NCBI RefSeq assembly: GCF_008065095.1
Contig: NZ_CP042911.1
Span: 8,160,001 to 8,192,000, forward strand
DNA length: 32,000 nt
Origin: Gemmata obscuriglobus
GTDB lineage: Bacteria > Planctomycetota > Planctomycetia > Gemmatales > Gemmataceae
Reading direction: 5' to 3'
The notes beneath the pieces were generated by a model that saw only the letters and a program-made list of their open reading frames with translations, was not told the origin of the DNA and made no database searches. This document shows positions 25,355-32,000 of this stretch, piece by piece (position 1 is the first letter of the stretch; each line of letters starts with the position of its first letter). Position numbers and translations under genes: made by a program.

Positions 25355-27904
25355 CTACTTCCGCGGATCGGCGGCAGGAGCCGCCCCGGCGAGTTGCTTC
25401 GCCAGATCCCCGAGCCGCTTCAGGTCGAGCTTGCCGGTGCCGAGCACGGGCATGGCGTCGACCGGGTGGCAGTCGCGCCGGTCCGGCACCCACAGGTTCG
25501 GGAGCCCGCGCTTCGGCAGCGCCGCGAGCAGGTCCGCCAGCCGCGGTCCGACCTCGGGCAGGTGTAGCACCACCAACCGCTCGCCCCGCTTCTCGTCGGG
25601 CACCGCGGCCACCGCCAGCACCCGGTCGCCCCCGGTCGCGAGCGCCTCGTGCATCTCGTCGTCCAACTTTTCCAGCGGCACCATCTCGCCGGCGATCTTC
25701 GCGAACCGGGACAGGCGCCCGGTGATCCGCGGGAACCCCTCCGGCTCGATGAACCCCGCGTCCCCGGTGCTGTACCACCCGGCGCGGACGGCGTCGGCCG
25801 TCTTCTCGGGCTGGTGCAGGTAGCCGGCCATCACGTTCGGCCCCTTCACGCACAGCACGCCCCCGGCGCCGACCGGGAGCGGGACGCGCGTCTCGGGGTC
25901 GAACGCCTTCACGCACACGCCGAAGATCGGCTGCCCCACCGTGCCGCGCATGTTCCGCTGCTGCCGCCGGCCGCCGCGGTCCACGTCCGGCATGTTGCAC
26001 GACACCACCGGGGACAACTCAGTGCAGCCGTACCCCTCCAGCGGGAGCACCCCGAACTTCTCCCGGAACTCGTCCTGCAGTTTAACGGGCAGCTTTTCCG
26101 CGCCGCAGATGATGAGCCGCAGCGTGCGGAAGTCGTCGGCGCCGCACCGCCGCATGTAGAACCGCAGGAACGTGGCGGTCGCGGCCATCACGGTGGCCCT
26201 CGTCGTGCGGGCGATGTCGCCCACCTCCTTCGCCTGGCGCGGGTCCGGGAAGTAGACCGCGGCGCACGGCGTGTTCAGCGGCAGCCACAGGCACACCGTG
26301 TACCCGAAGCTGTGGAAGAACGGCAGGAACCCGAACAGCACCTCGCCCGTCGCGACCTCCAGCGTGCGGAGCGACGCGTCCGCGTTCGACGCGACGTTCC
26401 GGTGCGTGAGCACCACGCCCTTCGGCTCACCGGTGCTGCCGCTGGAGAACATGATCGTGATGATGTCGTCGATCTGGTGCCGGTGGAGCCCCAGGACGAA
26501 GCGGTCGATGGCCCATCCCGGCAGCGCCAGCACGAGCAGGAACGTCGAGACGCGCTGCCACTTCGTTACGCCTTCAAGGGCGTCTTCGAGGTAGATCAGT
26601 TGCACGTCTGCGGGCAGGTCGAGGGGCACGCGGGCGGTGAACCGCTTCGCGGTCACGACGACCCGCACTCCCGCCTGCTGGGCGGCGGAGCGCACGGCCG
26701 CGGTGCCGGCCGTGTAGTTGAAGTTCACCGACGTTTTGCCCAGGAACGCCGCCGCGATGTTCGCTAGCGCACCGCCCAGCCCCGTGGGCAGCCAGATGCC
26801 GACGTTCTGCGCCGCGCCGACCCGCGGGCGCAGGTACCTCGTAACGCACAGCGCCGCGACCAACAGCTTCGCCCACGTGAGGGTACGGGGCGGCCCGGCG
26901 GAGTAATCGGTGATCGCAGGGCGGAACAGCCGGCGGAACTTCGCGGCCTGTCGGACGAACCGCCGGTGGACCGGGAGCAGGTGGGCGCTTTCGAGGAGCG
27001 CGAGGTCGGCGGTACACTCCTGCACCGCCAGGCGCAGATCTGGAGCGGAAGAGGACCTACCCCCCGGCCCCCTCCCTGAAGGTAAGGGGAGTGCGAGCGC
27101 AGCGCCACGCGGGTCCGGTGTGCAAGGCGGTTCAAAAGGGTTTTCGCTCCCCTTCCCTTCAGGGAGGGGGCCGGGGGGTAGGTCCTCTTCCGCCGCACCG
27201 AACAGCACACTCACCCGCGGGCGAAAGGCCGTCGGCAGTTTCCGCAGGATCGGCCCGCCCCCGTGGCTGAAGAAGCCCCCCCACAGCCCCCCGACGCACG
27301 CCGGAACCACTTTCACGTCCGTCGTGACGAACTTCAGGACGTGTTCGACGCCGCGTCCGAACGGGAGCATGTTCCCGGAGCGCGTCAGCGCGCCTTCGGG
27401 GAACATCACCACCACCCGACCGGCATCAAGCACCTCCGCAATCCGCTTCAGGCTGTCGTGAACCGCGTGCGGCCGGGCGCCTTCCGCCACGCGAACAGTG
27501 TTGTGCCGCCCCCATGACAAGAAGAACCGCAGCAACGGGTGGCGGTAGTACCCTTCCCACAGGACGAAGGTCGCGGGGCGCGGGCACGCCACCCACAGCA
27601 CCAGCCAGTCGACGTAACTCACGTGGTTCGAGACGACGAGCACGCCCCCCGTCCGGGGAACGCGCGCGCGGTGGTACACCGTGAACCGGTACAGCACCCG
27701 CACCAGTACCCACAGAAAGGGCCTTAACAGAGCGGGGGCCAGCCACGCCGCCCCGGCCAGCGCGAAGAAAGTTACAAGAAGAACGGTGACCGCTTCGACC
27801 AACATGGGCAATCCAAGGGAGCTGGCGTGTCCCGGTCGCGCCGAATTCGGGCGCGGCAGGAACGGGGCCGGGAGGTTCCAGCCCACCTTATCCGGCTTAC
27901 TCAC
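25355..27904 (-). CDS. Bifunctional Aas-like protein: N-terminal lysophospholipid (PlsC-type) acyltransferase plus C-terminal acyl-ACP/acyl-CoA synthetase (AMP-binding), with a 49-codon repeat-derived insert in the linker
   Basis: HX4D motif SNHVSYVD and FPEG in the N-half. AMP-binding motifs MFSSGSTGEPKGVVLTH, GYGCTE, TGD in the C-half. GTG start at 27904 or ATG at 27805; start uncertain. Confidence 0.85.
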   Translation of the reverse strand: MSKPDKVGWNLPAPFLPRPNSARPGHASSLGLPMLVEAVTVLLVTFFALAGAAWLAPALLRPFLWVLVRVLYRFTVYHRARVPRTGGVLVVSNHVSYVDWLVLWVACPRPATFVLWEGYYRHPLLRFFLSWGRHNTVRVAEGARPHAVHDSLKRIAEVLDAGRVVVMFPEGALTRSGNMLPFGRGVEHVLKFVTTDVKVVPACVGGLWGGFFSHGGGPILRKLPTAFRPRVSVLFGAAEEDLPPGPLPEGKGSENPFEPPCTPDPRGAALALPLPSGRGPGGRSSSAPDLRLAVQECTADLALLESAHLLPVHRRFVRQAAKFRRLFRPAITDYSAGPPRTLTWAKLLVAALCVTRYLRPRVGAAQNVGIWLPTGLGGALANIAAAFLGKTSVNFNYTAGTAAVRSAAQQAGVRVVVTAKRFTARVPLDLPADVQLIYLEDALEGVTKWQRVSTFLLVLALPGWAIDRFVLGLHRHQIDDIITIMFSSGSTGEPKGVVLTHRNVASNADASLRTLEVATGEVLFGFLPFFHSFGYTVCLWLPLNTPCAAVYFPDPRQAKEVGDIARTTRATVMAATATFLRFYMRRCGADDFRTLRLIICGAEKLPVKLQDEFREKFGVLPLEGYGCTELSPVVSCNMPDVDRGGRRQQRNMRGTVGQPIFGVCVKAFDPETRVPLPVGAGGVLCVKGPNVMAGYLHQPEKTADAVRAGWYSTGDAGFIEPEGFPRITGRLSRFAKIAGEMVPLEKLDDEMHEALATGGDRVLAVAAVPDEKRGERLVVLHLPEVGPRLADLLAALPKRGLPNLWVPDRRDCHPVDAMPVLGTGKLDLKRLGDLAKQLAGAAPAADPRK
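27045..27193. repeat. Near-perfect 149-bp palindromic (MITE/REP-like) element inside the Aas-like CDS
   Basis: The 47-nt arms 27045-27091 and 27147-27193 are reverse complements with one mismatch (T at 27083). The loop is 55 nt. Terminal GC dinucleotides are present at both ends. Confidence 0.85.
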
Positions 27905-28077
27905 CTGTGCCTACTGGGCGAACTCACAAGCCGCGAAATGCGGCACGTGCGCTTGCGACCGACCGGCGCCCGCGTTATACGCCCCGTCACACACGCGATG
28001 AACGTCCGAGCGGATCGGGCCGGCGGGTTGGGGGACCTGCCGGCCGTGGGGTGATATGGCTCGTGGGGGAACGGCTC

Positions 28078-28446
28078 ATGCCGACGCAGTGCGACCTGCT
28101 CGTTCGCTACGTTTTACGAGATGAAGCGCTGACCCGGGGGCTAGGCGACATTGAGGCCCGGATGCTGGTGGAGTGGCTCGCGGACTGGACCGAGTTGCTC
28201 TCCGACGCGGCCCGCACGGAAGACGACGCCTTATCGTGCATCGACCGGCTCTGCCGCCGGGGGCGCGCGATCGGCAAGTTCGTTCGGCTGTGGAACGAGC
28301 CGTTCGGCCGGGGGGCCGCGATCCAGCTCGCCGCGTCCGAGCGGTTCGACTGGCCGCTACCGACGACTGACATGGACCCGGCCGACCTGATGCATCACAT
28401 TCTGACTTGGGAGAATCAGCACCCCGGCACCGACGCCGGCGTGTAA
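28078..28446 (+). CDS. Hypothetical protein (122 aa)
   Basis: ATG at 28078 preceded by ggggga. MPTQCDLLVRYVLRDEALTRGLGDIEARMLVEWLADW. The upstream part of track ORF 27907..28446 is Arg/Pro-rich and overlaps the Aas-like gene start region. Confidence 0.55.
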   Translation: MPTQCDLLVRYVLRDEALTRGLGDIEARMLVEWLADWTELLSDAARTEDDALSCIDRLCRRGRAIGKFVRLWNEPFGRGAAIQLAASERFDWPLPTTDMDPADLMHHILTWENQHPGTDAGV

Positions 28447-28617
28447 GATGAGTAGGCCGTGCCGGCAGCGCCGGGCGTGCCGAAAGTGCGAATCGTGCGG
28501 CATCCGACCGTGAGCTTGCCCGCACCCCCGTTTGCGAGATATGATCGACGATATTCGTCCGGCCGCGTCTGTCGCCCCAGACGGTACGCTCGGAACCGTA
28601 ACGCGAGGCCAAAAGCC

Positions 28618-30831
28618 GTGAACCCGACCACGACCGCTCCCGCCGTCCCCTCCGGGGGCGGCGATGACGCACGTAGTAAATACGCGCGTCAGATCGAAGA
28701 AGCGTTCGAAACCGCCGGGCGCTTGGCCGGCTCGGCCCTTCCGCCAACCGACTTTTACCGCGAGTTCCTGAACCGCACCCTGAGCGCCATCGATGCGCCG
28801 GCCGGGGCGGTCTGGCTGCGCACGCCGCAGGGTTTCTTGCAGCTCGCGTGCCAGGAGAACATCGACAAGATGGGGCTGGACGCCCGCCGCGGCGGGCGCC
28901 AGTGCCACAACGAGGTGCTGCGGCAGGTGTTCCAGGCCGCGCCGCCGCGGCCCGTGCTGCTGGAGCCGAACGGGCGCATGGCGCCCGGCCCCGGCGAGCC
29001 CGGCCCGGTCCCGCCCGCCAACCTGACCGACCACTTCGCGCTCTTCGCGCCGATCGTCACCCCCGAGAAGCAGACGCTCGGCATCCTGGAAGTGTTCCAG
29101 GACGCGGTCCACGACCCGCGCATGTATCCGACCTTCTTGAACTACGCGTTCCAGATGGCCGGGTACGCCAGCCAGTACCACAGCTTCAGCAACGCCCGCG
29201 TCGCCGCCGGCATCGAGAAGACCTACACGCAGGTCGAGTCGTTCGCCCGGCACATCCACTCCAGCCTGAACCCCACGGAGGTGGCGTACCACGTCGCCAA
29301 CGAGGGCCGCAAGCTGATCGAGTGCGACCGGCTGTGCGTCGGCGTCCGGCACGACCGGAAGCGGGTGACCGTTGAGGCGGTCAGCGGGGCGGATGTGGTC
29401 GAGAAGGCGAGCACCCACGTGCGCCGGCTCCGGCTGCTGATGCAGGCCGTGCTCCAGTGGGGAGAGACGCTCACGTTCAAGGGCGAGAAGGACCCCGGGC
29501 TGCCCCCGGACGTGTCCCACGCGCTGGACGACTACCTGCACGAGAGCCAGCCCAAACTGCTCATCGTGCAGCCGATCCGCGACGAGCGCGAGAAGGACTC
29601 CGCCAAGCCCGCCCGCGGCGTGCTGGTGATGGAGGTGTTCAACCCGCCGGAGCAGACCGAGGCGCTCGTCCAGCGGTTCGAGATCGTGGCCAAGCACGCG
29701 GCCCCGGCGCTGTACAACGCGGCCGAGATGAAGCGGGTGCCGCTCAAGTTCCTGTGGTGGCCCATCGCCAAGGTGCAGGAGGGGCTCGGCGGTAAGAGCC
29801 GGTTCATCACCGCCGGGATCGTGCTGCTGGTCGTGGTGCTGGCAACCGTGATGGCCCTTGTTCCGGCGCCGCTGCGGGTGGAAGCCAAGGGCCAGATGCT
29901 CCCGGTGGAGATCGCGAAGATCTACCCGCCCCGCGAGGGGGTGGTGCGTGACATCCGCGCCAAGCCGGGCCAGCGGGTGAACCCGAACTACGAACTGGTG
30001 ACGCTGTCCAGCGACCAACTCTCCGAGGAATACAACCGGGCGCGGGGCGAGTGGCTCGAACAGAACATGCTCATCGGTGAATACAACAAGCAGATTCAGT
30101 CGTCGCCCCCCGAGGCCGACAAGCGACGGATCGAGGCCGACCGGTCGGTTGCGGAGGGTCGGCGCGATAAGGCGCGGGGCGACATGGAAGCCCTGGACCA
30201 GCAGTACAACCGGGTCAGCACCGACCCGTCCGCGAAGGGCCAGGCGCACGGCCGCGGTCCCGGGTTCTTCCGGGCCAACGCCCCGGACTTCGGCTCGCTG
30301 GCCCGCGCCGGCGGGGACCAGTGGACCGTCCTCAACAACGACAACCGCGAGAGCCTGCTCGGGCGCACCATGCGGCCCAACGAGGAGATGCTCCGGATCG
30401 CCCACCTGGAAGGGCCGTGGCATCTCGAACTCAAGATCCCGCAGCGGAACGTGGGGCAGGTGCTACGGGCGTTCGCCGACCCGGCCCAGCACCTCACCGA
30501 CCCCGACCGCGGCGGCCGCAAGTACCTCGAGGTGGACGTGATCCTGCGGAGCCAGGCTGCCACGCAGTACAAGGGCCGGCTGTACCGCGAGGACCTGATG
30601 GCCGAGGCGGTGCCGAACAAGAACGAGCACGACGAGAACGAGCCCGTCGTGACCGCCTACGTCAAACTCAACATCGACGGCATTGATCCCGACAAGTGGA
30701 TCCCGCGCGAGCAGTTGACGACTGGTCTGGAAGTGAACACCCGCATCCGGTGCGGCGACCACGCCCTCGGGTACACGCTGTTCCACGGCGTGTGGGAGTG
30801 GTTCTACGAGAAGGTGATCTTCTTCTTCTAA
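28618..30831 (+). CDS. Membrane-fusion (HlyD-family) periplasmic adaptor with a long cytoplasmic N-terminal region resembling two GAF domains
   Basis: The N-terminal ~390 aa has two GAF-like modules (GAVWLRTPQGFLQLACQ ... GILEVFQ; VAYHVANEGRKLIECDRLCVGV ... GVLVMEVF). One TM segment: FITAGIVLLVVVLATVMALV. Then HlyD-like lipoyl/coiled-coil/beta-barrel segments. The GTG 28618 start is chosen because the upstream 53 codons are Arg-rich and non-protein-like. Confidence 0.7.
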   Translation: MNPTTTAPAVPSGGGDDARSKYARQIEEAFETAGRLAGSALPPTDFYREFLNRTLSAIDAPAGAVWLRTPQGFLQLACQENIDKMGLDARRGGRQCHNEVLRQVFQAAPPRPVLLEPNGRMAPGPGEPGPVPPANLTDHFALFAPIVTPEKQTLGILEVFQDAVHDPRMYPTFLNYAFQMAGYASQYHSFSNARVAAGIEKTYTQVESFARHIHSSLNPTEVAYHVANEGRKLIECDRLCVGVRHDRKRVTVEAVSGADVVEKASTHVRRLRLLMQAVLQWGETLTFKGEKDPGLPPDVSHALDDYLHESQPKLLIVQPIRDEREKDSAKPARGVLVMEVFNPPEQTEALVQRFEIVAKHAAPALYNAAEMKRVPLKFLWWPIAKVQEGLGGKSRFITAGIVLLVVVLATVMALVPAPLRVEAKGQMLPVEIAKIYPPREGVVRDIRAKPGQRVNPNYELVTLSSDQLSEEYNRARGEWLEQNMLIGEYNKQIQSSPPEADKRRIEADRSVAEGRRDKARGDMEALDQQYNRVSTDPSAKGQAHGRGPGFFRANAPDFGSLARAGGDQWTVLNNDNRESLLGRTMRPNEEMLRIAHLEGPWHLELKIPQRNVGQVLRAFADPAQHLTDPDRGGRKYLEVDVILRSQAATQYKGRLYREDLMAEAVPNKNEHDENEPVVTAYVKLNIDGIDPDKWIPREQLTTGLEVNTRIRCGDHALGYTLFHGVWEWFYEKVIFFF

Positions 30832-31000
30832 CCGTTCCGGGTTCTAGACTCCGGGCTGAAGAGGGACGGCTTCGCGCTTCGACCCGGAGCGGAAGTCTGG
30901 AACTCGCGACAACCCGCCTTCCGGCCCGACTGGCGAGCGCCAGGGCACCGGTGGCCCCAGGTCACAACCCCTTACGGTCCCAGTAAAAGAGGACAACGTC

Positions 31001-32000
31001 ATGCGTTCTCGCGTTCTCGCGTTCTCGCTCCTGTCGGCCGCGCTCGGCGGCCTACTCATCGGTTGTAGCCCCAAAAATACCAGTCCGGGCGGCAAAAACG
31101 GCCCCACGGACCCGCCGGCGCCGGTCGACCCCGGTAGCCCGCTCTGGGTCCCCGCGCCGCTGCCGGCCTCTGTCGCGGGCGTCGTCCGCGGCGAACCGCT
31201 GGTGGTTCCCAACTGCGTTGTCCAGTACGACGAGCGGCAGATCGTTTCGGCCGAGGTGGACGGCACCATTGAGCTTCTCGCCACGCCGTACACGCCGGGC
31301 GAACTGAAAGCTCTGATGGACGACCCGAAGCTCACCGAGCAGCAGAAGCGGGACCGCATCCTGTACCACCCGCGCGACACCGGGAACCCCAAGAAGCCGC
31401 TCAAGCGCATCCGCGAGAGCATGCCGGTTGAGGCGCGACAGATCGTCGCGTTCATGGACGACCAACTCGTCAGCGCCCGCATGGAGGGCGCGAAGCAGAT
31501 TAAAGACTCCGCGGTCAGCGCGAAGAAGAACTCGGAGGAGGGGGTCAAGGCGGCGGACGAGAAACTCCGCGTGACCGAGAAAACGATGGGGATCGCCGGC
31601 TCCCAGCGCGAGCGGCTCGACGACCTCATCACCCTGACGCGGTTCCGCGAGAACCAGGACCAAGCGGTCAGCCAGATCGCCAAGTCCGACGCGGACTACA
31701 AGGAAGCGGTGGTGCTGATGGGCCGGCACCAGATCCGGAGCGGGGTGAACGGCACCATCCGTACCATCGCCAAGCGGCCGGGCGAGTACGTGAAGGCCGG
31801 CGACAAGATCATGGAGATCGAGGGCACTGATAAGGTGCGGATCGAGGGCCAGCTCGACGTGCAGTACATCCGCGCGGTGCGGATCGGCATGGAGGTGATC
31901 GTCGAGCCGGCGCTGCCCAGCGCGCCGGAGGCGTCGCACAGCGGCCACCGGCAGGCGGTCACGGGGGTCACGGTCACCGCGCACCCCGACGGCCCGCTCG
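31001..32000 (+). CDS. Lipoprotein with HlyD-like (lipoyl/barrel) region, continuing beyond the window (possible WD40-type repeat beginning at the edge)
   Basis: Absent from the ORF track because it has no stop in the window. ATG 31001 after aaaagagg. MRSRVLAFSLLSAALGGLLIGCSPK (lipobox LIGC). ... IRSGVNGTIRTIAKRPGEYVKAGDKIMEIEG ... GHRQAVTGVTVTAHPDGPL at the window end. Confidence 0.7.
   Translation, partial: MRSRVLAFSLLSAALGGLLIGCSPKNTSPGGKNGPTDPPAPVDPGSPLWVPAPLPASVAGVVRGEPLVVPNCVVQYDERQIVSAEVDGTIELLATPYTPGELKALMDDPKLTEQQKRDRILYHPRDTGNPKKPLKRIRESMPVEARQIVAFMDDQLVSARMEGAKQIKDSAVSAKKNSEEGVKAADEKLRVTEKTMGIAGSQRERLDDLITLTRFRENQDQAVSQIAKSDADYKEAVVLMGRHQIRSGVNGTIRTIAKRPGEYVKAGDKIMEIEGTDKVRIEGQLDVQYIRAVRIGMEVIVEPALPSAPEASHSGHRQAVTGVTVTAHPDGPL
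31004..31027 (+). repeat. Three perfect tandem copies of the octamer CGTTCTCG in codons 2-9 of the lipoprotein gene
   Basis: atg cgttctcg cgttctcg cgttctcg ctcc, read directly. Confidence 0.9.

Noticed and set aside
24113-26000. ORFs 24113..25567 (+) and 24744..26000 (-)
   Set aside because: They are out of frame or antisense to the symporter and the Aas-like gene, with typical GC-artefact composition.
30844-31984. Minus-strand ORFs 30844..31683 and 31052..31984
   Set aside because: They are antisense to the open-ended + strand lipoprotein gene starting at 31001. That gene has an SD, a lipobox and HlyD-like motifs.

Overview
High-GC bacterial chromosomal segment. The protein styles (tandem exported LRR proteins, two tandem clpP genes, GAF-HlyD adaptors, Pro/Ala-rich linkers) suggest a planctomycete, possibly Gemmata-like; this is an inference only. 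Housekeeping genes: pgi, a polyprenyl-diphosphate synthase, moaC, a tig-clpP-clpP-lipoprotein operon, tRNA-Gly(GCC), pyrC, pyrB, a DAACS-family symporter and an Aas-like acyltransferase/acyl-ACP synthetase. Accessory or unusual content: (1) a tightly coupled three-gene minus-strand operon (15555-22258) lies between pyrC and pyrB. It encodes a degenerate-P-loop plus DUF559 nuclease-fold protein, an unassignable wHTH-like protein, and a large double ATPase (AAA-type N-half plus HerA/FtsK-type C-half). I cannot match it to any named defence or maintenance system. (2) The double ATPase is one ~1065-codon gene split in frame by an apparently intact IS3-family element with a 3-bp target duplication. 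The nuclease-fold gene carries a frameshift. (3) A 149-bp near-perfect palindromic MITE-like element sits in frame inside the Aas-like gene. (4) A decayed islet next to tRNA-Gly holds a Uma2 pseudogene and an IS5-family transposase fragment. (5) A GAF-GAF-TM-HlyD adaptor and a HlyD-like lipoprotein gene have no transporter partner in view. Many long ORFs in the supplied track are antisense or out-of-frame artefacts of the high GC content.
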